Assembly: GCA_043228905.1 (NCBI GenBank)
Contig: JBHGNT010000020.1
Span: forward strand, 1-64,000
Direction of reading: 5' to 3'
From: Azolla caroliniana
Taxonomy: Eukaryota > Plantae > Polypodiophyta
Length of the DNA stretch: 64,000 bases
Shown: piece after piece, positions 11,250 to 22,310 of the stretch
How positions within the stretch are numbered: position 1 is the stretch's first letter
How the letters are laid out: every line of letters starts with the position of its first letter
Notes under the pieces: generated by a model
Seen by the model: the letters and a program-made list of their open reading frames with translations, nothing else
Databases searched by the model: none
What the model was told of the DNA's origin: nothing
Position numbers and translations under genes: made by a program

Positions 11250-13527
11250 TAAGGCGACCCCCCTTTGGAGATGGAGTCAACGAATGATCCATGGCAGTAT
11301 GCTGTGCGAGAGGAAGTCACGGAATGATAGGCAGTAGAAGTATTTGCGAGAGATTGCGAAATCGAATCGACAATGTGCGAGAACTGGTGGAAATGTAAGA
11401 AAGAACGATGGCATGATGACTATTTGCTGTAGAAATATGCAAGAAAAGCGGCAAATGATGGCAATGATGTGGGAACTGACAATATGTACAAGTGAGTGAG
11501 AAATTGAAGATTGACAATGTCTTCATCACAAAGCGAGGAATCGATGAATCGACAAGGAAGTGTTAAGCATCCCTAATCCATGTTTAGTCATAAGCATAGA
11601 CAAATATATCCTCTGATGTGTGTTAAAGTAGAGACAAATATGTCCACAGTTTACAAGTTAAAGCACACATGTGTCTCCTCCTAATCACCATTTCAATCAT
11701 CATCACCATATCCACCTAGATCATTCTTAAAGAAGATGGAGAAGATGACGATGATCATGATGAAGGCGAATATGAACATGAAATGGTGTGTGGTTCGTGG
11801 AATAATGTGAAACTCTACCAAGATCATAGACATGAAATATCTTTATATGAAAACCATGGATCATTCGGTGTACCAGGAATCATGAGAATTATCGTCAAAA
11901 TCACATATTTGAGGTAGAAAATGGCTCAGAACAAAAGATTGGAAAGTAGGAGACAAGAAGGCAGAATGGATCGAGAAACGAAGAACGTGATGAAAAATGC
12001 AAACGGAGTGACGACAATGGCCGTAATGACAACATAGCCAAAGCCCAAACCGGAAATGCCAAACGACGACGGCCGGACAAGGCCAACAGCGCAGGGGAAG
12101 AGATGAACGACGACGGAAATGGTCGGACAACTAGCCGAAAAGCGGCGACTAGACACTCAATGGCTGAACGGAGACGGCGGATGGAGATGCGACCTATGAA
12201 GGGCCGGGAAAAATGATCATAGTCCGGAAAGTTACTATCGGACTGGACAGAGCCGTCCGGACAGAGATGCCAAACAACGACTGACACAAAAAGCGACGGA
12301 ACTGGTAACGATGGACAAGGCCGGGGAAGAAGACAGGCGATCGGGACGACGGACTGGACGCACGACCGGAAGACAACGGACAAATGGCTAGGACAATAGC
12401 TGAACAACGACAGGAGTGGCGGCAAATAATCAACGGCGGCAGCGAAAAATTAGTGACGAAGATGGTCGGACAACAAACGGCCGAGTAAAAGCGGTCAGAC
12501 GAATGACGATGCCAGACAATGGCAGAACTGGCTGGACGAATCGGACAGACGAGCGGACGGGATGGACAAGCACCAGATAGCCGACGACCGGACAGACGGC
12601 GGGAGGACTGGAATAGACGGACACGCCGGACACGCCGGACAAAGCGACGAACGATGGCCGGAATAGCAAACATCGAATGGTTGTAGAGGTGGCCGAAAAG
12701 ACACGACCAGAAGGGCCGAAGACAGAGACGGCAACCAACTCACAGCCGATAGACAACAACGGCTAGACACAGCCGAACCGCGGCCAGAACGGAGGCCGGA
12801 AGAATGGCCGGATAGATGGCCAAATATTGATGAGTGAATAGAGCGGTCATGCGACGAATCTCGGCCAAAACAGGTGGCCGGCTGGAGACTGGCCGGACAG
12901 GCCTAGCGACGACGAGAAAGGGAGATGGTGATGACCGACACAGAGATGAAAGGCGCCGGGACGATGAATAGCAATGGCCACAGAAGCGACAACAATGAAT
13001 ATAGAAGGACGGAAACGATGACGACAGCACAAAGAAGGAGATGACGTGCAAACAAAGGGAGAGTGAAGGTCGCGTTTCCTCCCTACCCCGAAACGCAAAA
13101 ACAGAACAAGGACGAAGTGGAAGAAACAGAGATAGAAGAAGAAAGAGAGAGGAGGAAAAGAAAGATAGGAAGAGGAGAAGAAGCAACGGTTAAATCCAAG
13201 AAGGAGGAAGAAGATGCAGACAACACGCGGGAGAAAACGTAAGAAGACAAACACGAAAAAAAACAAATGAGAGGGGAAAAGAGAAGAGAAGGGCATGCGA
13301 AGAAATTTAAAAATGGTGAGGATAGCAACCTAAAATTTCAGAAACTTGCGGGTACTGAATGAAATTTTCAAAACTCGAGGGTATATAATAAAAATTTTAA
13401 AAATCAAAGGGCACCTACGAAATTTCAAAAACTCATGAACCTAAAAGAAATGGACGTGATCGACACACAACTCACAAAATCAACAAAAGGAACACACATA
13501 CATACAACATTTTTTTGACGGCCCAAA

Positions 13528-13752
13528 TGATGTTATTGAAGTTCGTGAACCGACAGAATGGGAATGTTCATGTCGATGAAGATTCGCTGACCGACGGAGA
13601 TGTTCGAGTCAAGTGCTCCAATCGAGGGAGTCGATCGTTGATGTTACCAAAGTTCGTAACTCGACAGAACGAGAATGTTTGTGTCACAGAAGAGTCACTG
13701 ACCGACGGAGATGTTCGAGTCAAGCGCTCCGATTGAGGGAGTTGATTGTTGA
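13528..13752 (+). repeat. two-copy ~112-bp tandem repeat
   Basis: CTGACCGACGGAGATGTTCGAGTCAAG occurs at ~13587 and ~13698. Confidence 0.85.
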
Positions 13753-13799
13753 GAGGACCGATGGAAATTCCGGTCGTAGAAAAATTATGATCAAGGCAT

Positions 13800-13839
13800 G
13801 TGGGATCGACATACAAGGCCCTCTCCCACGGGCGTGCCA
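13800..13839 (-). promoter_or_regulatory. antisense bipartite PBS-like site (tRNA-Arg(UCU)) at the PPT position
   Basis: minus strand reads TGGCACGCCCGTGGGA-N14-TCGATCCCAC, 5 nt from the right LTR. Confidence 0.75.
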
Positions 13840-14118
13840 TATTGTGTTACCGTATGAGATGTACGGGTGATTGATAAATGAGGGTGAAAGATGTAATGTA
13901 TGTGTAATCTTATACGATTATGAGTGTGAATGTAAGTGTGAGTGTGGTAGATACAAAGAGATGTGAGTGAGTGACTAGGTGTGAATGACAAGGGGGCTTG
14001 CACCCTTGTGGATCTACCCCTTTGTACCTATTTAACCCCTTATGGGGAATGAATGAATACAACAATAACCATTTCTCTCTCAATCTCTCTCTTGTCATCT
14101 CTCTCTCCCTCTCTCTCT

Positions 14119-17100
14119 TGATAGGAACTACGCACTCCCAATGAACAACGCTCGGCACAACCAAGCTTAGAATCAAACACAGAAAACGGGAATGAATGCA
14201 TGACACAATGGAGAGAAGAGTACACAGGATGTTTACGTGGAAAACCCAAACACGGGAAAAACCACGGCAGTCCACTGACTGCTAACTATCATTATGTAAC
14301 AATATACAACAAATGAACACAGAGGCAATGACCTCTTGTTCATTGTCTTCGCCACAGGCGGCGGTTACAACAGAGATACGAACTTGTCGTCTCTTTCTCT
14401 CTCTCTCTCTCTTTGTACACTATTGCGCTCTAATCTTGCGCCAACAAGAATGACAACAATAGACTAAAGTTTGCCCTAAGTCATATTTATACTAATATGA
14501 CTTTTCGGCTATTTACAAATATAGCCCCGATGGACTCTCAGAAACATATTTACGAATATGTCCCTTCATCTGGTGAGCACTCCTCACCGGGCCTGCATCA
14601 TCCGACGCTTGACAAGCACACGTCATCCTGTTCTCACCGTGTCTTCCGTTGCCGGGTACTCCACATCCGGTTCTCATCGGGTCTTCACCATCCGGCTCTT
14701 GCGGGGTACTCGTCATCCGGTTCTCACCGGGTCTTCCGTAGCCGGGTACTTGCCATCCGGTTTCGGCCTTGGCCGAGTTTGCTCATCGACACTGTTCTTC
14801 TCACTTCCCATCCGGAGAGACCTGTTTCCTAACAAACTCTCCCTTCACTCCGGCATGGGATGTCTTACTAGTCCGATCCGCTTCCAACATGCATTCAGCT
14901 TGTCGGGTATCAACACTTTGGTCAACATATCTGACCTGTTCTCGGCCGTGTGGATCTTCGTCAGCGCGAACTCTTGATCTTCTACTCGCTCCCGGATCCA
15001 GTGATATGTACGCTGGATGTGCTTCGTCCTAGAATGGTACGCTACGTTCTTAGCAAGGTGGATGACACTTTGACTGTCGCAATAGAGCCGATATTCATCT
15101 TGCCGGATACCGAGCTCTCCGATGAAGTCCTTCATCCATAATATTTCCTTGCCGGCTTCCACAACCGCCATGTACTCCACCTCCGCGGTTGACAACACAA
15201 CCGTCTTCTGCAGCCTCGACTGCCACGAAACAGCTCCCCCTGCATACGTCATTACATACCCGGATGTAGATAGGTTGGTATCCACATCAGCCGACATGTC
15301 CAAATCGGTGAAACCGTCAAGTTGAGGTTTACCGGAGGCGAATCGGAGACACATATTCGAAGTGCCCTTTAGGTACCGGAGTATCCATTTGACTGCGTTC
15401 CAGTGCTCCTTGCTGGGATTGCTCATAAACCGGCTCACCACTCCGACTGCGTATCCTATATCCGGTCGGGTACACACCATTGCGTACATTAAGCTTCCGA
15501 CGGCAGAGGCATATGGAATCTTCACCATATCAGCCTTCTCTGCTTTCATCTTCGGGCTTTGATTACCGGATAATCTGCAATTTTCCGGGAGTGTCGATCC
15601 GACCGGTTTCGCTTCTAACATGTTGAACCACTGAAGCACCTTTGCCACGTATTTCTCCTATGACAGCCACGATTGCTTCTTTGACCGGTCCCAGATGATG
15701 TGCATCCCCAGCATCTGTCTTGCCGGACCCAAGTCTTTCATTGCGAAAGTTCGGTTGAGAGCCTTCTTCAGCATCCGTATTCTGGCTTGGTGCCGTCCGA
15801 CGATCAACATGTCGTCCACGTACAGAAGGAGTATCAGGAAGTCTCCTCCTTCGAACTTCTTCACAAACACGCAGTGATCGGCCTGCGTCTTGTGGTACCC
15901 TTGATATGTCATGAAGGAGTCGAACTTCCGGTACCATTGCCGGGGAGCCTGCTTCAGTCCGTACAGGCTCTTCTTCAACCGGCAAACCAGGTGCTCCTTC
16001 CCTTTCTCCACGAATCCTTCCGGTTGCTGCATGTAGATCTCCTCTTCGAGGTCATCGTGAAGGAATGCCGTCTTCACGTCTAGCTGCTCTACCTCGAGGT
16101 CCATGCTTGCCGCTATACTCAGCACCGTCCGGATGGAGGTCATCTTTACTACCGGGGCAAATATCTCGTCGAAGTCCACGCCCTTCTTCTGCTGGAACCC
16201 CTTCACCACGATCATGGCTTTGTATCTCGGGGGGTTGCCGACATCTCCCGGTTTCAACTTGTACACCCACTAATTTCGGAGTGCCCGCTTTTCTTTTGAC
16301 AACTCCACCAATTTGTACGTAAGGTTCTCATGCAGGGAATCCATCTCATCTTGCATGGCACTTTACCATTTGCGGCTGTGGGTGTCATCCTTCGCTTCTT
16401 CGAAACTTTCCGGCTCTCCCTCATCAGTCAGCAGCACATGCTCTGCATCCGGAAATCTCTGGGGGGCCCTTCTCTCTCTGAGAGGATATCTCCGTCTTTG
16501 GCTTTCGGCAACCGGCTCCTCTATTTGTTCTTACCCCGGATCCGATTCGGGATCTTGGCCGGTTCCGATTTCAGCTTCCTCTACTTCTTCTTCTGCCGGT
16601 TTGGTACTCTCACCGTAACCGGCTGGTTCCTCGAGTGTCAACCGGCTCTTAGCCGGGTGTGTACGAATCTCATCAGAGTTCATTATCTTCTTCTCCGACT
16701 CCCAGTCGGCAAGGGTCTTGTTCTCCATGAAGATAATATCTCCACTCCGGAAAGCCTTCTTGTCAACCGGATCCCACACTCGGTAGCCGAACTCATCATC
16801 GCCGTATCCGAGGAATATGCATGGCCAGGTCTTTGGATCCAACTTTCCTCTCTGGTCCTTAGCAACATGCACGTACATGAGACACCTGAACACCTTCAGA
16901 TGCTGGTAGGACACTTCCTTACCGGTCACACCTTCTACGATGTGTCTCCATCCAAGGGCACTGAGGGTGATCTGTTTATCACATACGTCGCTGTCGACAA
17001 CGCCTCAGCCCAAAACGTCTTGAGTAATTTTGCATGTGCCAACATACTCCGGACCCTCTCCATTATGGTCCGGTTCATCCTCTCGCCCAGCCTGTTTAGT

Positions 17101-19613
17101 TCCGACGTCTTCGGCACGGTAAATTCGAGCCAGATTCCCTTCGAGCGACATTACTCCTCAAACTGCCCCCGGTATTCATCTCCGTTATCTGCTCGAACCA
17201 CCTTCAGCTTCCGGCCGGTTTCTTTTTCCACTCTTGTGTGGAGATCTTTGAAGACGGATAACACCTGATCCTTCGTCTTCAACGGTGTGGCCCACAACTT
17301 TCGGCTGTGGTCATCTATGAATGTCACGAAGTACTACGATCTGGCATGTGACTTCGTGTCCACTTGACATACATAAGTATGCACCAACTCCAGTGGTGCA
17401 TTATGTCTCATCGGTGGCCTCGATCGGAAAGAGGTCCGGTTTTGTTTACCGGCCAGACAATCAGTGCACTTCTCCAAGTGCACGTCCTTCACTAGAATGA
17501 GGTTGTCTTCTGCAAGCCTCTTCATCCCCTTCTTGCTCATGTGACACAATCTCTTGTGCCACAGCTCACCGATAGTGTCGGATGCCACGTTCACTTCTTC
17601 CGGGCATAACCGAGCATTCATCAGGTACAACGTGTTTACCTTCCGGGCCCGAGCCACAATCAGGCTCCCTTTGCTGAACTTCATAACACCGTTCCGGATG
17701 CTACCCGTGTAGCCTTCATCATCTAGACGACCGGTTGATATCAGGTTTAGACAAACCTCCGGAACGTGTCGGACATCCTTCAGCAGCAGCTTGCATCCAG
17801 TTGGTGTTGTCAACCACACGTCTCCTATGCCGACAATTCGGCATGTACCTTCATTCCCCATCCGGACACATCCGTGATCACCGACTGAGTAGGATGAGAA
17901 GCATTTCCAGTCCAGGGTAAGGTGGAATGACGCTCCGGAGTCGACCACCCAGGTCATCTCGTCGCCGACAAGGTTTAGCTCACTCTCCTCGGTGATGAGC
18001 ATCAACTCTTCTTCACTTGCCGCGATTGCCGTCGTTCCCTTCCGGTCCGGCCCCCTCTGGTCTTTACCGTTTCGGTCCGGTGTCCGCTTCGAATCGGTAC
18101 TGTTGATTTCCTTGTCTTTTCGGAAGTGTCGACAGTTCTTCTGGAAGTGTCCCGACTTGCCGCAATAGAAGCAAGTAGGCCTCCCCCTTGACTTTGACCG
18201 TGTCCCTGACTTTTCCCGGTTCTGGGGGCTACAGTTCCTTTGTCTTCCGCGTTCTGATTCGGCAAGGAGCGCTTTGGAGTCGGAGCTCGTATCCTTATCT
18301 TTCTGACGCGCCTCCTCATCTAGCAGGCTTGACTTCACTCTTGCTAGGGATAACCGTTTCCCTTCCGGCCCGGCGTTGCCCAAAGTGACAACCAACGTCT
18401 CCCAGCTATTTGGGACGGAACCAAGCAGGAGTTGCGCTAGTACCTCATCAGCGAGAGGTACTTCCAATGATGTTGCCTGGTGGATCAGCCCCTGGAAGGC
18501 ATTCATGTGCTCCACCATGCTGGAGCCATCTTGGTACTGGAGTCTTACTAGCTTCCGAAATACCGAAACCTGATTAACAACATTTTTGTTTTGAAACATA
18601 ATGCCAATCTTCTCCCAGAGCTCATGAGCCTTGCTCTCTTCATTGAAGTTGTTGTATAGACTCATGTCGATGAAGCACCGTACGGAAGCCGTTGTCTTCA
18701 TGTGCATCACCTCCCATATCGCGGCGTCGATTTTGTCTGGTCTCTTGTCCCCGAACTGAACTGGCTACCAAAGATCTTTAACCACGAGCATGTCCGTCAT
18801 CTTCGACTTCCACACTGAATAGTTGGAGCCGGTGAGCTTGAACATACCTCCGAACGAATCGTCCATTTTTTGTGTCGTTTCGCTCTGATACCACTTTGAC
18901 AGGAACTACGCGCTCCCAATGAACAACGCTCGGCCACAACCAAGCTTAGAATCAAACACAGAAAACGGGAATGAATGCACGACACAATGGAGAGAAGAGT
19001 ACACAGGATGTTTACGTGGAAAACCCAAACACGGGAAAAACCACGGCAGTCCACTGACTGCTAACTATCACTATGTAACAATATACAATAGATGAACACA
19101 GAGGCAACGACCTCTTGTTCACTCTCTTCGCCACAGGCGGCGGTTACAACAGAGATACAAACTCTTCGTCTCTTTCTTTCTCTCTCTCTCTTTGTACACT
19201 ATTGCGCTCTAATCTTGCGCCAACAAGAATGACAACAACAAACTAAAGTTTTCCATAAGTCATATTTATACTAATATGACTTTTCGGCTATTTACAAATA
19301 TAGCCCCGATGGACTCTCAGAAACATATTTACGAATATGTCCCTTCATCCGGTGAGCACTCCTCACCGGGCCTGCATCATCCGGCGCTTGATGGGCACAC
19401 GTCATCCGGTTCTCACTGTGTCTTCCATTGCCGGGTACTCCACATCCGGTTCTCACCGGGTCTTCACCATCCGGCTCTTGCGGGGTACTCGTCATCCGGT
19501 TCTCACCGGGTCTTCCGTAGCCGGGTACTTGTCATCCGGTTTCGGCCTTGGCCGAGTTTTCTCATCGACACTGTTCTTCTCACTTCCCATCCGGAGGGAC
19601 CTGTTTCCTAACA
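14119..19613 (-). mobile_element. Ty1/copia C3 (Tork/Tnt1-like), complete structure, inserted in the 3' LTR of the non-autonomous element
   Basis: LTRs 14119-14834 and 18897-19613 (about 4% different by hand count); TSD TCTCT; Met PBS 18882-18893; PPT 14835-14844. Confidence 0.95.
14845..18866 (-). pseudogene. C3 gag-PR-IN-RT-RH polyprotein with several stops/frameshifts
   Basis: CFYCGKSGHFQKNC, WVVDSGASFH, LWHKRLCHMS, QLDVKTAFL, LLYVDDML, RTKHI. Confidence 0.95.
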
Positions 19614-20171
19614 TCTCTTCCCTCCCCTTAACGTTGAACCCCCTTGGGAGGGGGGTGGAGACATTCTAGGCACCACCGCCCACCCCACCTTACCCCACCC
19701 CACCCCACAATGCTTCTCAATGCTGGTCTTGCATCTTCATGATCTCTCACCATCATACCATTCATCATCTCCACCATTACACCATGTTTATCTTCATCAT
19801 CAATCATCATCATTATCATTCTCATTAACCCTAACCCTAAAAACCTACAACAATGAGAGTTAGAAGGTTGGTTTTTGTATTGTGCAGAAAACCTTCTATT
19901 TTCTTCTTTTTGTGGCCTAGGTTTCATTGGTATGTGAGCCATCGTGGTGCCGCGTGTTCTTGCTCTAGAAGTTTGTGCATGCATCAAGTCCTTTTAATAG
20001 CGTCGCTATCTTCTCTCTTCTATTTTTTTTTCTTTTTTCTTTTGTAATGGTTACATACAATATTATTTTTACACTATAGTACAAGTAGGCCCCTATACTT
20101 ACTCCATGGATTCGCTGATTTTGTCCTGTCCGGCGGGGAACGGGTTAAGTGGCGTAGGCCCCAGGAGGGTT

Positions 20172-20634
20172 TTAAGCGAACCCATTCAGCTTTTGTTGGA
20201 GCACCTCTCCGGCCAAGGCGCCAAGTGGAAACGTGTCGTTTTCCATTCCAACTATCCAGTACGGACCTGTCCAGTGGAATCTTAATTTTCCTGGCATTTG
20301 CCCCATGCGTGTTTGAAAAACTAATACCGCCTTCATGACCGTAAAATCCTTTTCATGGGCATGTCGATGTCGGTCCACGAATGCTTTGCGCCGCCATTGT
20401 TCTTGTTCCAATATGACCATATTGTGTACCTGTGTTTCACCTAGTTCTAGCTAGGTAGTCGTATTTGTTCAGATTCGCCCTCTAGCAGCCGGTCTCGTAC
20501 TTGAATTCGCAGTCTGGGTACTTGGAATTCGACTGGCATTACGGCCTCCAGCCCAAATGCTAGCCTGAAAGATGTGGATTAATGCTAGCCTGAAAGATGT
20601 GGATTGTATGCTGATCTTATAGCTGGTTCGATAT
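20172..20634 (-). pseudogene. integrase C-terminus (GPY/F motif) of G2
   Basis: GKLRFHWTGPYWI; continues LWAY from 26261 across the chromovirus insertion; 25-bp tandem duplication 20556-20605. Confidence 0.85.
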
Positions 20635-21055
20635 TGTCATGATAATGGCAAGACTCGAACCCATGACCTTATGCTACATAGGTCGAGCTCTTGACCATTA
20701 GACCATACATTGTAATACATAAAATATTATTTTCATTTATGTTTTATTATAGAAAATTGATGTATATTCCAGATTTCTCTGGAACATTCTAGAAACTTTA
20801 GGAGTATTCCTAAGAACACTATAAAAGGAGGCACAAGGCATTATTTCGAACCAAATCGGTTCAACGCTAGTCTTAAGACTCTGAGCTATTATTGTATACT
20901 CTCTTCACATAATATATATCATTTATCATGATTCTCTCTCTCTCTCTCTCTCTCGCTCACTCTTTCCTTCTCTCGAGAGTTCTACATCTCTCTTAGTATT
21001 AATCCTCATTTTTTAGTACTAATTCCTTCTTTGTCTTAGTACTGATCCTGACAGT

Positions 21056-21067
21056 TTGAACCGATTT
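21056..21067 (+). promoter_or_regulatory. self-priming PBS of G4
   Basis: TTGAACCGATTT is the exact reverse complement of AAATCGGTTCAA (20853-20864), ~30 nt after TATAAAA. Confidence 0.8.
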
Positions 21068-21128
21068 TAACCCCTCTTTTGTTTCCCTCCCTTCATACTA
21101 ATCTCTTATTCCTCTTTCCTCTCATCCC

Positions 21129-22284
21129 ATGGCCACTGTTAGCGCTCAAGAATATCAATCTATTTTCTCAGAGTTGCAATGCTTGAAAGAGAAGTTCCTT
21201 GCTTTGGAACAAGAAAATCAATGGTTGTTGGGGGATCTTCAACAAATCTCCTTAGAAAAGCAGCAAATGCAACAACAACATGGGGAACTTGCGTTACACA
21301 TGCAACAACTCGAAGCAATCATCGTAGCGATGCAACAACAAGGACTCGGAACACAAGGGATTCATAAAGAACCCAAGATCGGCCTTCCCATGAAATTCGA
21401 TGGAACGCGATCGCAGTTTAGAGGGTTCCTTAATCAGGTACGACTAGTTATTCAAATGCATCCTTCCCGATATCCCACCGATGCATCACGAGTGGGTTTA
21501 GTAGGCACGTTGTTAAGTGGCTTAGTGTTGGCATGGTTCACTCCGTTGTTAGAAAAATAATCTCCATTACTAAACAATTTTGAAGAGTTTATAAGCGAGT
21601 TTAAAGCCTGTTTTGGAGATACTGACAGCATAAGGACAACAATCAACAAAATCCGACGACTACGTCAACGCGATCGTCCATCCTTCACATAAGCTGCAGA
21701 TTTTCGTCTACTCGCCTTCGATATCCCCTGGGATGGGATGATCAAGCATTAATGGAGCAATTTCGTTATGTTCTACGTAACGATCTCAAAGATTTACTCT
21801 TGACCTTTCCCAAAGAACCAAAGTCATTAACAGAAGCAATCAGTCGCGCAGTGAGATGCGACAATCGCCTCTTCGAACGACGTTTGGAACATCAATTCCA
21901 AATGCCAAGGGCAAGATCTGAGCCTACCTACACCTCAATGGTAGCGAAACCTTTTCCAAAGGAGTCATATAATGCGCCTCCAGGAAGTACTCCAACTCCG
22001 ATGGAAATTGACACCACACGTCGTCGTGGACCGCTATTGGAAGAAGAAAAGCATCGACGCTGAGCAAACCGACTATGTCTTTATTGCGGTGGACCAGGGC
22101 ATATCGCAGCAAACTGTCCCCATAGGCCAAGAAGGCAGTTAAACAAATAGTTGCTAGTTCTGATTGTACTAAACCCGAGTCTATTTCAGTATGGATATCT
22201 GATAGTCCTAATAGTACTAATAGCCCAAATCTAGCGTACAAATTTGATGTCCTTAGTCAGTTAGAAGAAGAGTTAAATGACTAA
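21129..22284 (+). pseudogene. gag: gag of G4 (disrupted)
   Basis: EPKIGLPMKFDGTRSQFRGFL, PTPMEID, CLYCGGPGHIAANC near 22075. Confidence 0.88.
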
Positions 22285-22310
22285 GTCTAGCCAAAATAGG
22301 AGCCGTTTGG

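Larger units (their letters stand above)
10763..19852 (+). mobile_element. non-autonomous LTR element (LARD/TRIM-like) with ~2.6 kb non-coding interior, inserted in G2
   Basis: LTRs 10763-11234 and 13845-14118 plus 19619-19852 (TGTTA...CAACA); TSD ATGAG at 10758-10762 and 19853-19857. Confidence 0.88.

Noticed and set aside
11861-13328. Overlapping minus-strand hydrophobic ORFs
   Set aside because: Artefacts of low-complexity purine-rich sequence; open in several frames.
13795-13860. HDV-like ribozyme fold (GGCATG..CCC-TCTCCCAC-GGG-CGTGCC)
   Set aside because: No P1.1 GG, P4 or P2 partner downstream; tRNA 3'-end similarity explains the motif better.
16330-17268. 312-aa plus-strand ORF (likewise 29428-30324)
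   Set aside because: Antisense shadows of retroelement coding sequence.
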